A stretch of 63,147 bases of DNA, filler included, from Octopus bimaculoides (GCF_001194135.2; 10 parts of 9 records of this genome joined end to end with filler, not necessarily neighbours in it); one strand, 5' to 3'; counted from the first letter of the whole stretch, positions 25,161-39,142 are shown. Made by a program: numbers and translations. Notes: generated from the sequence alone by a model not told the origin.

Positions 25161-26636
25161 TATATTGCGTGCATATTATAAATATATATATTATATATAT
25201 ATGCATACATACAAACACACACATACACAATGTGATCACACCGTATCTCTTTGTCGTAGACGGTAACTTGAGTGGTAACAGACGGGGCATCTAGTTTGAA
25301 ACACTGCCCCAGAAAATGAAGGCTGATATCATACAGCCCACACAAGCTAACGCCGTTTTGTGATAGCAAATGTCTGTAAATGTGTATGCGTGAATGTAGT
25401 GTCAGCAAATAGAGATATTCAAGTACATGGAGATACATGAGTTATGTTTTGATGGTTTTTAAATAACACAATAGATCATTTTCACTCTAAACACTCACAT
25501 TCAAAGAATGATATTTTATAAACTTCATTTCTTTTATAATGTAAGAAAAATTATAATTTTCTCTCACCCGTCCACATGTTCACAAATATACACATTGAGG
25601 ATGGAGAATTAGCTATTCCATCTACATTTATTTATTCAAGTATATTCAGAATTGAATTTTCTATTTCTATGTGTCGCTGCACCCTCCTTCCCCATTTCAA
25701 AAATGTCGAACATTGATGATTCAAATAACCTACAAGAACGTGCAATGTCGAATTATTATTATGAACTGAACTGAAAATAAACTATTTACCAACACATCAT
25801 CATATACCAGGCAGAGAGATATTTCGGCCATATATTTGATGAAACAGTGGAAGGGTGAGTGAGATGAGAGAGAGGGAAAGAGGAAAGCAGAGTATGTGTG
25901 TAAGGGAGAGAGAGATGGAAGGGGGGGATAGAAATCAGAAGTAGCAGCAGACAAAACATCGCCAGAAGAGCCTAATCCAATGCAACTAATTCAAGATGGC
26001 TTGAGAGTTTATTGGTTATATCATAGAGAAAGCGGGCATCAGTCAGTCTACTACATCCAAACTATAACACCACCATAATAAATATTCGTTCCTTTTGACG
26101 AGGCATGACACTATAAGTAATTTGACTGTACAGTTGAAACATAGGTATAAAACCCACAAACAAGACTATCTCTACTTAGGATAGGTGTTTCTTTCTCCTC
26201 CCACCATTAATTTCTTCTTTTTTTCCCTCCTTCTCCCTTTGCCAATCGCTTGGTTTATGAGAAAAAGATTCATAAAGCACACTAAAAATCTACCGTTACA
26301 GAAAAAAAATACGTGCTGACGACAGGGCAATGACAGTTTGAAATATGAGATTAACTACAACTACACAGTAGAAATAACAGCGCTTCTCTTCATCCATCAC
26401 TCATTCCATATATACATGTTGGTGTGACTAGTTGCCTTTAGCATTAAATCTGCAGTCGATCGTTAGAAAAATTAACATTCTAATTCGAAACACACCATGC
26501 CGTGTAAAGAACATGTCACAATTTTCCTCTTCCATTTATTAAATTGATTTCTCTCACATTTGTTTTAATATGGACCATAAAGCAAACTTGTCAGGTAAAA
26601 TACTGATATTGAAAAGCTTACACACCACCTACATTA

Positions 26637-26667
<31 letters not shown>

Positions 26668-27471
26668 GAGTATTCCTAGCTAAAGCACAGTTCAAGGCAA
26701 AAGCAGTCAGTCAGTCAGTTTGCACACCAGACTGGATCCTTCTTCGATCGAAAAAGACACACGTAATATAGATACAAAAGACAAAATATACCCCTTCTGA
26801 ATTTCATTAAGATAGTGTAAAAACGTTTAAGCTCGTGAAATCGAAACATTCTCACCGTCTCCTACACAATCTGCTTGAAACAATTCAATAACAATGGTAA
26901 TAAACTGGACGGAAATTTTTCGAACGAAAATTAATGATTAATAAAAGAGAAATATGGAAAGCTAGTTTTAGGAAAATCGTTAGTATCTCTATAGGTGTGT
27001 GAGAGTACATATTTAAATCTATATAATGCCAGATACATGTGTAGAAATCGTAATCTGTTATTTTAATACAAAACAATGTGAATTACATGTGGTCCAGATC
27101 ATGTACATATAGCGATCAGAAAGGATCGCTCTCTAAATTTGCATTTTCCTCTCTCTTTAGCATAGATTATTTGTCTGCGAACGGAAATTTGAATGTCTTA
27201 CAAAACAAGTTAAAATGATAGTAGTTAAAGTGTGGGTGTGTGTTTGTCTTTTTAACGAGAAAAAGAAATGATTTGTACTGAACTAGCAATAAAAGGAATC
27301 ACTGTGAATAACACACATATGTACGCCAACTCGACTTTCTCTCTTCGACATTTAATAACGGCACATCGTTTTAAGATTACACAATCCCGACACGGATATA
27401 TTATCAGTGAAAGCTACATAAATATGACTTTTAGTAAAAGAGACCAAAAGAAAACGTTTTAAAACACTTAC

Positions 27472-27496
27472 CATGATGAAATTTTACGAATCAATT
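27472..27496 (-). other. Candidate 25-nt micro-exon ending in ATG (possible start exon of a minus-strand gene, perhaps IP6K)
   Basis: actcttttacag|AATTGATTCGTAAAATTTCATCATG|gtaagt has consensus splice sites on both sides. Confidence 0.35.
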
Positions 27497-28539
27497 CTGT
27501 AAAAGAGTCTTAAATTTATAAAAAAAAAAAGCCTCCTTGACCCGTCTATGCCTATCCAGCTACTATGCTGCTGCTTTCAGTTAAGCACACTAAAGCTATA
27601 TTCCACTTTCGTCGCCGCCCTTAGTAGCGGAGTGAAGATATTGTATTCAAACTAAAAACTGAAAAAATATTTCTTCAAAACAATCTCCTTAAATGAACGG
27701 GGAAAAAATAAACTTGGAATAATCGGATTCATTTAAAATGGTCATCTTTGTTACTAACAGGCCTAGTCCGTTAAACATTCTCATTATCTCGAAAGAAACA
27801 TGAGTAGCTGACGAGAGCAGCCTGAACATGACAACTGTAACAATGCTGATTGAAAAGTAAGGGGAGAGTTGGATGTAAGTGTGAGTCAAGTGTAGGTTTG
27901 AGTAGCAGGTTTGGAGTGGAGTGTAGCTGTACGAAAGAGGTGGAGCATGTGAATGCTGTGAAGTCGTTTACTTGCTTGCTGGTCTCGATTTCATCATTTA
28001 AATTGCAACCCAATGCGTTGTGTATTTTAATATATAAAACGCACAACTCTCACACTCTTCGCTGTATCATAGATCGTTAGGCCTGCCTGTCTCGCGACAG
28101 GCCATATCACTTAGTTATATTGGGGTCATTATGTAATTTAATAACTGATAAACATATGTAAACAAATACAAGTCAAGAAAATGTGCGTGCATGTGTGCAT
28201 ATATATATATTCGTTTATTATCTTGTGTGTGTGCAGGCATGTGTGTTTGTATTTGTGCAAGTATTATTTGGAAGTGTTATCTACTACATCTCTTAAGCTA
28301 ATCCCTCAGGTTGGCGAAAGGTAGTAACTTGAGGTAGGGTACTAGTTTGGTTACATATGTTATATAGTGTTGTTGTTGATGATGTAGATCTGTGCTTGAA
28401 GATATTCCAGACATCTTTTAAGACAATAGGGTGTAATATAATAAAAATGTAGTTATTGTTTCTAGCAGATCGAGTGGCCACGTAGAAGCTCTTTCTTTGA
28501 TGCTATATATATTTATGTACATATATACTGGCTACTCTG

Positions 28540-28763
28540 GCTGTTTCATCATGTTGAACCATGAATCCCTACACATTTTTTTCTCTCTGTTTTTTTTTTT
28601 TTTCATTCTCTCCTCCTCCCCTCTTCTTAATCCGTTCTGTCGAAGAGCGTAGGCTCGAAACGTAAAAGATTTTTCCATTCTTACCGAGTGTTGAACTAAT
28701 ACACCTGCTTTTTGTTACTACACCTGTCTTCGTCTGTTGTTCTCTGTAAATTTGAACTACATA
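28540..28763 (+). repeat. Short interspersed repeat with a hammerhead-like motif at 28632-28669 (family 2)
   Basis: CTGTCGA-A-GAGC(GTAG)GCTC-GAAA-CG-TA-AAAGA; homologous to 11140-11375. Confidence 0.7.
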
Positions 28764-28799
28764 TAATTTATATATTGATTTGCATAAGATTGTTCATCC

Positions 28800-29100
28800 A
28801 TCATATGTGATAACGACTATGTTCATTTCTGAATGTTTTAATGAATGTGCATCCCAACTTTGGTGTGCTTGCTACGGTTCGCAGACGGGACATGTAAATG
28901 CCTGGTTGAAAAGATCAAGTACTACTTTTAGCACACTTCTCTTGGTAGTGCTTCGTAACGTTTTCCTCCCTATCTTCAGTACCATTCCAACAGTGAGACC
29001 ACCAAAGTGGATATATTCTCCTCGTTTAATATTAATGTTGTTCCTCTTCTGCTTATCTTTGAACTGCCTCTTTGATCCACCACCTAGAAATGATTATGAT
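28800..29100 (-). mobile_element. Possible RTE-like LINE C-terminal remnant
   Basis: Minus frame ...QAFTCPVCEP*...H resembles the terminal Cys/His knuckle of RTE ORFs. Heavily decayed. Confidence 0.35.
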
Positions 29101-30589
29101 AAGTGCCACAGAGACAATAGAATGTTCCATGTGCTATTCTAACCCATCATGGAAACTAAAATGAAATATTTTTGTTTGAAACTAATAAAATATATGTAGC
29201 CGTGAAAATTTGAAAAAGTAGCAACAAAACTACGAAAACATAAGCAACAATATAATTTATATTGAATAAAACATAGTTACGCGCTTAAAAACTGAGGTTT
29301 CACTACCGAAGCCGTTGCGAAAGCTTGATTAAGGGCATCTAAGTTGGGGTGTCACCACTTCCCTTGGGGCCACGACAAAGGGAAAAGTATACACTCTATC
29401 ATATCGGAATAAAATGATTAACTCACTCTTAAAAATAACTTTATTCACACGAAAACTTTAAACGTAGGTTTAATTGTTAAAAGATTATGACCAATGACTG
29501 TATCTTCATTGTATTTAAAATGACACACTTGTGCGAATATGGATTCAATTGTCTTTTATTAAGACAAAAGCTAAAAATCTCCTGAATCTACAATCAGACT
29601 TACAGATCATAATCAGCAAATAAAATCTGTTTTGATAAAGACAGGAATAAAGAGTCATAGAATTTTGTTTCACAGTTGTAATTGATTTTACTGTTTACAA
29701 TTTTTACGAACAGCTCAATTTACATTTTATGAACTGAGTCAAAAGCATTGAGGGGGGGGGGCAAGATATTCACCCAGAGTACTATATATTATTCAATTTT
29801 TTAAAATAATTAGTTAATAGAAAATTGACTTTTACATCTTCGTGTGACATTAGCTTTGTAGAGGATGCGAAAATTAAACATTTCATGGGGATACGGAACA
29901 GAAAAGATTGAGAACCACTGCTGCCCTAAAAGGCCGAAGTTTCTCAAATTCAGTAAATGTATCACGGCTGCTACTGCGGCAGGTTAATTGCAAGCAAAAT
30001 GCATTGTCAGTCATAATCGATGGTTGCAAGTAGCTAGCAGTTTATCTTAATATAATTCACCCCACTTATCAAGAAATCGATAGAATTACTTTATTTCAAT
30101 TATACATTTAAATGAAAATTGTAATTTTAAAATATCTAATGAAAATAATTAATTTAAACAGATATTTAAAGTTAACTTATAAAGTACAGAGTTTCAACTA
30201 CACAAAAGTTTTTCTTTTTTAAATAGAGTTTACATCACACACGCACACAGGAAAAATTAATAAACACATGGAAGAAATGACAGACAACTGTACGACGAAA
30301 GAAACAAACCTAAATATCAAAATGTGAACACAGAAACAAATCTGTGCTTTTTTAACTAGAGAGAAGTTTCAACAAATAATTATTTTTACATAGGTTGAAG
30401 CGATAATCGTTATTAAATATCATTTATCGGTAAATCACATAACAGGAAGCTAATTTCCTATTTGATTGAAAAATTACAGAGAAAAATAAAAAAAAGAACT
30501 ACTTTAGACTGGTTCATCACATATACGACATGTAACATGGAAAAAAAAACAAGAGGATAATTGGTTAGAAATTAATAGATATGACCGAG

Positions 30590-30700
30590 CAGGTACGCGC
30601 ATGATGATGTCTCGTTACTTCCGGTCATAACGCTATATAACAGGAAGTCAGCTGCAAAGCTAGAAGTCCCCGCCTTTATAGTGTCTCCTCTCCGCGATAT
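30590..30700. promoter_or_regulatory. Candidate core promoter
   Basis: Local CpG retention, ETS-type sites ACTTCCGG and CAGGAAGT, GCGCATG and TATATAA within about 70 bp in an otherwise AT-rich region. Confidence 0.45.
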
Positions 30701-31259
30701 TCTTTTCGTCTTTCACTTCCATTCGTGTTACATTCTACTTATTCTCTCTTAGACTTTAACAATTTCGTTTTCACTCTCTATTTATGTTTGTTACATGGAA
30801 AATAAAGACACCGTTGATAGTTACGGTTTTCATACTGGAGAGGGATTTTCTGGTGTTTTCCGAAAAATTATTTGCGAAATTACCATTTTCAATGTTGGAT
30901 TTACAATTCTACGATTCCATTCTTGATAATAAATTTATTGAGACAAAAATAACATATTTACATAAAAAATGAAATATCAATTGTTGATTTTGCTGTGCAT
31001 GTTTTTTCTTTTTTCTTTTCCTTTCTTCTTTATATGAAAGATTTCCCTCTGTAAAATTCAGTGCTGGTGCTATCAAAGTGGGTGGGCTGCATTTTAGACA
31101 TGCCATTTTCCCCCCAATAAACAAACAAGAAAAATGAGTTAGCCATTAATTCACATCTTGTAATCAATTTATGGGTGAATTAATTATGATTATGGATTAA
31201 CTGTCATAAGTGTAAAGATATCTGCAATGAAGTGCTAATAAAAAAATATATATATACAT

Positions 31260-31304
<45 letters not shown>

Positions 31305-32478
31305 CAACACACACATGCATACATATAAAGCTGAACTTCTTACTTTCTGAACAAAAGCATAAAAAAAAAATAATCATATACTATAAATAGAATGGATGCC
31401 ATGAATTTACATGTTCCACATTTTCCATGCATTAACGATAATAATGGTTTCCTTGGCACAAAGCCATAAATTTATAGACACTTATAGTAGTAATAAAAGT
31501 GTAAACATTTAATATCAGCTTGTATCTATTATGCCGATTATTAGTGTAAAACATGAAAGAAAATAGATTAATCATCTGGAAAATTTAAATTATTATTGCA
31601 ATAACTCACTTTAAAAATTTAGATATATGACATATTTAGCTCCAAATCAGCCATGACTGATCAGGTAAACCTGTGATCAAGGGTATTTTCTAACCATGAC
31701 TATGCTGTCCCCATGAGCATTGCATATTTTGAAGTACATTACCCAATGTGCCCCCTTTGCTTTTCAAGAATACCATGTGTATTCAAAGGGGGATTTTGGT
31801 GGCTATTTCTAGTTGGTCAAACAACTATACAGAGGTCCACGTTTTTGTCAGGTCAATTACCAACCTAATTAGCTGGTGTCGTTTTATCTAATGCAAGAGA
31901 CATGTTTGCTTTTGTACGACTTCTAATTCTATTTGTTCGTATGTAGCAAATGATGAAATTACGTCTTCAAATGATAACTGGTTACTGTTATGGAATCTGT
32001 AACTTAAAATAGATTTGATAAAAACTTTCCCATTTGTTGGACATTAGTCTAAAATAGTAAAATTGAAGCATTAAACCATTAAGTAACCTCAACAACTTGG
32101 AGCAATAAACATACACATTGTTAAGTTGTTAATTAAATATTTTATCCATTCAACTATTTCACCACCAACACTCTATTAGTAAGACGTCATTCCTAAGAAA
32201 GGACTGAATGATAGAATGGAAATTTTATGGTCTCTTAGGAATATCATCATTTATAACTCCCTTTCAATCAAAATTATTTGGGAAGTTTTTGGCAAAGAAA
32301 GAAGTTCCAAATATAACTTATAGGGTAGTCACAGAACCTACCCTAACGGTGCTGGTTATCCTGGCAAGTTGAATTTTGGTACTCTTAAAGTGTTTTTTTT
32401 TAATTTTCATTAGCAGTTGAATATGTAAATACCAGACTAAAGTATTTATTTTATTTTCATTTTGTCTTTTTATTTCAG

Positions 32479-32508
32479 AAATGTCAAACACAAATCATGA
32501 CACCCTAG
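32479..32508 (+). CDS. Candidate first coding exon (MSNTNHDTL) of an unidentified gene
   Basis: tttttatttcag|AAATG...CTAG|gtaaat. No homology recognised. Confidence 0.3.
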   Translation, partial: KCQTQIMTP

Positions 32509-33309
32509 GTAAATGCCCAAGTAATCAATACTTAAAGCAAGCTCTGGGTAGCACTGGTCAGTGATTTGTGTCTTGTGTTTCAAATAACAATTATATGCTA
32601 GCTTTCGGTCTTGAAACACTTCTTCCTTGTTGCATAAAATTTGTTCTAAGGTTCAATTACTTCATAGTTTCATGAAGTTTTTCTTGAAATTCTAAAATTT
32701 TAAAACTGATACATTAGTTTTTCTTTGCAATTTTGTAAGATCTTGGAGGTTACTAAGAGACTGGAATGTACAAAACTTAATGTTTCCATTTCCTTATAAT
32801 TAAAGAATTAGCCTTTCTTTATGGTGACAGAATTTTTTTTCTAAGGATTAACAAGATGCTGGATGCAGATACACATGTATACTTATTGCCGTCCCCACCT
32901 AGGTGATTAGCAACCATCTTTGGATCGCCAATCAAATATTCCTCCACTAAATTATAATCACAAGGATATATTTTGCTATTTACAACAGAAAGTCTAATCA
33001 GAATTGTACTGTCTAATTTAGCACTCAATGATACTCCATGAAAAATAGAACACACTGAACTTGAATACTTCCATTTCCTAAAACTTTATTGGCAAATAAC
33101 TTTGGATTTGACACCTCGTTTATAGTCCAAAATGTATGTATTTATAAATAAATATTTTAAATCTGTCAAACAAAAATTTTTAATGTAATTCAAATAGATT
33201 TTGAGTGTCAAACTCTTCCTACTTCCCTTCTCCATATTTTTTATTTGGTAATTCAAGACAAAAAACAAAAAGAAATCACTGAGTGCAGAGAATACTGCTA
33301 ACCTTCACA

Positions 33310-33900
33310 AATACATAGAGTGGTTTCTGATTTAGGCACAACGCTAGCAGGTTTGAGGGGAGAAGTTTGGTTGATGCCACCATCCCTGCTTCTTCACTGA
33401 TACTTTAATTTCAGGATGGTAGGTGAAGTTGGAACAAATACTGCAAAGCATTTTTTTCTGATGTTCTGATGATTCTGCCAGCTCACCACTTTATGATTTC
33501 TAATTTAGGTGTAAGGGCAGTACTTGATTGGCACTTTACTTTATCAGTCCTTGCGGGGTGCAAAAGGCAAAATTTTGTTCAGCATGATTTGAACTCAAAA
33601 CGTAAAGAGCTTTAAGAAAACCTGTAGGTTATTTTTATGTCTGATGCTCTAACAATTGTCAGTTTACCACCTTTCACAATTGCATATATTGATTTTAAAT
33701 TTTGGCTCATAGTCAGCAATTTCAGAGAAGGGATAAGCATTCAACTGGTACTTATTTAATCAATCCCAAATTATCGATTAAATTCACTGATAAAAGGCAA
33801 AGTTGACATCAGTGAAATTTGAAGTCAGAATGTAAAGACAAACAAAATACCGCTAAGCATATTACCCAGCATGCTAATGATTCTGCTAGCTCACTGCCTT
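33310..33900 (-). mobile_element. Cluster of degraded tRNA-SINE copies
   Basis: aaaggcaaagttgac...atttgaa(c/g)tcagaa motifs are repeated. Confidence 0.6.
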
Positions 33901-34674
33901 CACAAATGCATTTATTAACATCACTGTGTAGAAGCACAGCTTAAAGCTTTAACCAGTGAAAGGAAGAAAGTACAACATCTGTAGAAAGTTGAAATGATTG
34001 ACAAGAAAAACTACCAACTTAAAGACACCAATAATTCTAACACAGGTTCAAAGGAGCAAACTTTGGTGTGGAATTCAAACGAATTCACCCCAGTATTTTA
34101 GTGGTACTAATTCTATTCACCCTGGAGGGATGAAACACAAATCGTATATGGGGGAATGAAAAGTGATACATATTAGTATCGAATTAGCAAAATTATAGAA
34201 TGTTGGATAAAATTATTTGCTGTATCTGTTCCAGTTCAATGCATTTTGAGTTCAGGTTTCATCTAAGTCAACTTTGCCTTTTATCCTTTTGAAGTTGACA
34301 AATAAAGAACCAATATCAGTCCAGATTGTTGATTGACAGAACTCTAAATAGCTCAGTTAGTATACTTTGTAGTACCTGTTTAGATCCTGTACATTTTGAA
34401 GTCAAATTCTTCCTCCTGTCACTAACATGAACAGTAAGAGTCGAGAAATTCTTAAGTACATGTCCAAATAATTCAATTGATTACTCTCAATGCAAACATA
34501 CAGTTTGCAAGCAAGAATATAAAGTCCTATGATACTTTGTACTCAGGAATGCTGTGTGATTAAGAAGCTTGCTTTGCATCCATGTACTTTCAGGTTCAGT
34601 CACACTGTGCAGCACCTTATGTTGACCAATGCCTTGTGAATGAATTTGCTAGATGAAACACATCATATATACAA

Positions 34675-34888
34675 GAAGGTACTGAAAAGTTCCTGGCTTT
34701 AAGGGTATTACAAAAGACCTGGTTGGCAGCCTAACATTCTGAGATCTCTTACAGAGCTTAGAAAAACTACAGGACCGCTGCAATAAGTGTACAAAACTGA
34801 AAGGGGAATATATTGAATAAAATCATAATTAACTGATCTTCCTGTATTTTCTTTTACCCAGAGCCAGGAACTTTCTAGAATCCCTTCC
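34675..34888. mobile_element. mariner-derived MITE
   Basis: TIR-like ends GAAGGTACTGAAAAGTTCCTGGCT / AGCCAGGAACTTTCTAGAATCCCTTC. The interior retains the mariner 3' end (RCNKC...GEYIE). Confidence 0.65.
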
Positions 34889-37060
34889 TCTCTTTCGACA
34901 TATTTCTCTGCTGCCTTCTGGCCGCTTCTTTACACTCTGCCAACAACGCCTGGCACTGATTCATCATGCATGCCCGTACGTACATACATACATTGATATC
35001 TGGCACCTTACCATGCTCAAGAAGACCTGTCCTCAACAGCAGAAGTGTCAAATCTGCCCCCACCCTAACTGCTGAAGAGGATTGGCCTGCAAATCTCCTG
35101 TGCCGGTGCCGCATAAAAAGCACCTGTGCCAGCACCACATAATAGAACTTTTGCCAGTGTCATGTAAAAGCATCCATACCAGTGCTACATAAAAAGCACC
35201 CAGCTTACTCTGTAAAATGTTTGGCATTAGGAAGGGCATTCAGCCATAGAAACCATGCCAAACCAGACTGAAACCTTGTGCAGTTCTGCTTACCAGTTCT
35301 GGTCAAACCGTCCAGCCCATGCCAGTATGGACAACAGATGTTAAATGATGATGATGATGATGATGATGATATACATATGTACATATATTTACATATAATG
35401 GGCTGTCACACAATTTACATGTACTATGTTTACTTACAAAGCATAGGTCAGCCCAGGGTTATAGTAGAAGACACAAGTGGTAGTGGTGGTGGTGTCTCTT
35501 GACAACCACTTTTAACTCTTTCTGGGGGTATGACAAGGAGTCAAATCCTGCTGCTATACACATAACATTCCAGTAGCAACCCTCTCCATCTGAATAGAGC
35601 TTCAGGCCCTGTTCAAATATGTGGAGATGAGTTTCAATGTTCAGCTGCAGTGATACACTTGCTGTGTCCCTTCCTGCTGGCCATGGCTTTGAAGTTTCTG
35701 TTGCAGCTGTCCCTGTCATGTCTTATAGCATTCAGCAGTCCTGATATTGGCATTTTGATATCTGGTATGAATCATCATGATACAGGTAACTCTTTTCCAG
35801 TATTCAGATGGCTTCCAGTCCTCCATGTCAGCTAACTTTTTCTCAACTACAACCTTAATCTTTATGTTCTCCAATGCCATTGACTGTTTGCTTATACATC
35901 AAGCAGTTCCTGACAAAAAAAAAAAGGAGATATATAGTCAAATTTAGCCTGAATACTCTGTGTATATATAGATATGCACCCATCCGCTGTTCTCTCTCTC
36001 ACTCTCTGTGCAACCTTGGGAGCCTTTGCAGCATTCACCCACTGAATCATTGTCTCTCATTGGTTCTTCCCCACAGTTTCTTTGCACCCTCACCAACCTT
36101 TCTCATCCAATCCTCTGCCCAACCTCCACACTTCTCTTCCTTTCAACAATACTCTAAAGATTCCTTTCTACCCAAGCCTATTGCTTCTGTCCTCTTCCAT
36201 TTCTCTCACACTTTCCATCCATACTTGTCCTTATAATGTAGGCTAACCCTAGATACCACTTCTTCCACAACCTATACCCTATCACCTTTTCATTCTGACT
36301 CTTCTTTTTCTCAATAACACTTGTCACTAATCCCTTCTCTTAGGTTGATGGAACCTGTGCAGAGTCTACTGAATTGATTGTATCTGTAATAAAAAAAAAA
36401 ACAGCCTTGACACACAGTATCATGTTGATCTAACATGAGGATTGCATTAAGCATACATTAAGCTTGTGGAATACTCAACCATTTATCTGTTTATTCAATC
36501 AGCTTGTATCTCAGTTGATTGAACTATTGAATGCTCATCCTGAAACCAATGGAGAGCCACTTATTCAACTTACTTTACCAGATGATTAATAATATATGGT
36601 CTCACGGACCACATATTAGGTCCTGGAAGCATAATGTATATGCACACTACCAGACCTCTCACCTTTGTCCCTATCAAACCTTCCTACTAACCCTTCATCT
36701 CCTCCTAACACCTGCAGTTCGCTGCTGCTGCTATAATTAAATGGAGACAGAATTTATATATCTCGCCATCCATTTCTGTGCAATCAATTTTCCTCTCCGA
36801 CTCTGCGAAAACATTTCCCTGTTATTCATCCTTTGCTCTTAACATTGTCCTTCTCCACTCACATTCCATTGATCACCCTATCTGTGGTGCTACCTGTTAT
36901 CTTTTCTTTTCACCTGAAGCACTTTTTATTGACTCACACATATGTACCTCTAACCACTGCCCTCCTCTCACCATACACTTCTCACTCTCTCCACAATTCG
37001 TGCAATCTACCTATCATTTCCTTTTCTCTAATGCTTTTCCTATGTATTCTGTTGTTGTTG

Positions 37061-37321
37061 TTATTATTATTGTTCAGTAGTTTTATTTTTATAACGTGCT
37101 TTCACTTCACTACCGAGCGCAGCTCTGTGCGCCTTGGGTATGTGCTGTGGTTTGCTGTGGTGCTCTTATGTTTACTGTATTGAAAGTGTTTTGCGTAGAA
37201 TGTGTGCAGTACCCAGTAGTGCAATTTTCTGTATGTTATATATATTTGTAAGTCCTGGTATTTTTGTTATGTATTTGTCTGAATATTTTTTTATTATACC
37301 TAAGGCACCTACTATGATAGG
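37061..37321 (-). mobile_element. 3' end of an R4/Dong-like LINE with an (AAT)n tail, cut by a gap
   Basis: YNIQKIALLGTAHILRKTLSIQ plus a 3' UTR; near-identical to 53659-53974. Confidence 0.8.
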
Positions 37322-37421
37322 NNNNNNNNNNNNNNNNNNNNNNNNNNNNNNNNNNNNNNNNNNNNTTAATTAATTAANNNNNNNNNNNNNNNNNNNNNNN
37401 NNNNNNNNNNNNNNNNNNNNN

Positions 37422-37452
<31 letters not shown>

Positions 37453-38010
37453 AATGCGCGTACGTGTATGCGAAGACTTGTGGCCTAGTTGGGTTGTTCT
37501 CACGATCTCGGGACCGTGATTTCGATTCCGAAGTCGCTTGCGCTTTGTGTTCTTCAGATAAACCACTAATTACATGTTGCTCCAGTCAAAGCTTGTTGGG
37601 GTTGCCAGTTTAGTCGATGACGACCCAACCATGTAACAGGTTGCACTGGATTATATGTAACCAGTAGCGCTCGAGAGCGACCAGTGGCACTCAAGAGCGA
37701 TCTCACGTACATACATTCATACATACATACGTACATACATACATACATACATACATACATACATACACATATGTGAAGATGTGTGGCCTAGTAGCTAGAT
37801 AGGTTGCTCTCACGCTGCTCCAGTCAAGTCAGCTGTAAATGGGTCCCCCACTGTGATGTATTGGCCTTCTGATATGGGTGATGGTGGTGGGGAGTTAGCC
37901 AACTCTCGTAGCCAGTCGGGTGTCATAGTTGGAGGGCTAAAACGATGCTAAGTGCAAGGTGACCAGCGACGTATGACAACATCCGATAGTCTGACCGATC
38001 AGGTGATATA

Positions 38011-38330
38011 CATAGTCGCAGGTGTGGCTGTGTGGTAAGCAGCTTGCTTCCCACCTACATGATTCCGCGTTCAGTGCCACTACGCGGCACCTTGGTCAAG
38101 GGACTCCTACTATAGCTTATTGCCTTGTGAGTGGATTGGGTAGAGGAAAACTGAATGAAGCCCGTCTTATATGTGTGTGTGTGTATGTTTGTCCCCACAC
38201 CATCGCTTGACAACCGATGTTGGTGTATTTACCTCCTCGTAACTTGGTGGTTTGGCAAAGGAGACCGAAAAATAAGTACTAGGCTTACAAAGAATAAGTT
38301 CTGGGGTCAACTTGTTCGACAAAAGGTGGT
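38011..38330 (+). mobile_element. CORE-like tRNA SINE (partly re-assembled at 38384-38550)
   Basis: gcaggtgtggctgtgtggtaag...ggcaccttgg.caag. Confidence 0.7.
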
Positions 38331-38892
38331 GNNNNNNNNNNNNNCGTATGACAACATCCGATAGTCTGACCGATCAGGTGATATACATAGTCGCAGGTGT
38401 GGCTGTGTGGTAAGCAGCTTGCTTCCCACCTACATGATTCCGCGTTCAGTGCCACTACGCGGCACCTTGGTCAAGGGACTCCTACTATAGCTTATTGCCT
38501 TGTGAGTGGATTGGGTAGAGGAAAACTGAATGAAGCCCGTCTTATATGTGTGTGTGTGTATGTATATATGCATATGTAGATATGGAATCGATGTAGCCAC
38601 AAAAGTTTAACCAATTCAGAAAGTTTCGAAACACAGACGAAACCAATTCACCCCGATTTACACAGATAGTTCACATTATTTGCAAAAATTTCCACCTCAC
38701 AAAAATACTTTTTTTTTTTTTCAAAATTTGTGTACGCCGATGTTCGTTCCTGTGTTTCTAATTTGCCTAACATGAAGTTATAATAATAACTACATTTAGA
38801 TTGATAAGAGGTGAGGGCGAAAGAAAGAAAGAAAAGGAAGGAAGTAACGTAAACGAAAAAGAATAAAAGAGAAAAAGAAGTGAAGTGCATAC

Positions 38893-39142
38893 GTCTGCTG
38901 GTATAATAATGTTCTGTCATATTTGAATCAATTTGTGTCACATAAAAATTGCTAAATTGGTACAAATTCAGTAAAGTAGTTATAAAACCAATACAGCATA
39001 TTATGTATTGGAAACGAGCGAGTTTTTGATTGCTGTTGGTTGCTGAAGCTTGCTTTTCACGTTGACGCTTGATGTTTGTTGTTGGTGATGATGTTGATAA
39101 TAATGACGACGACGACGGCGACGTCGTAGCTGATAACGTCAT
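38893..39142 (-). CDS. Candidate first exon of a type II membrane protein
   Basis: True ATG, Ser/Thr-rich then basic N-terminus, hydrophobic FQYIICCIGFITTLLNLYQF, donor-like AC|gtatgc followed by a pyrimidine tract. No downstream exon identified. Confidence 0.45.

Noticed and set aside
37970-38550. Tandem duplication of about 210 bp around a 14-N gap
   Set aside because: Identical copies abutting a gap indicate a contig-overlap artefact.
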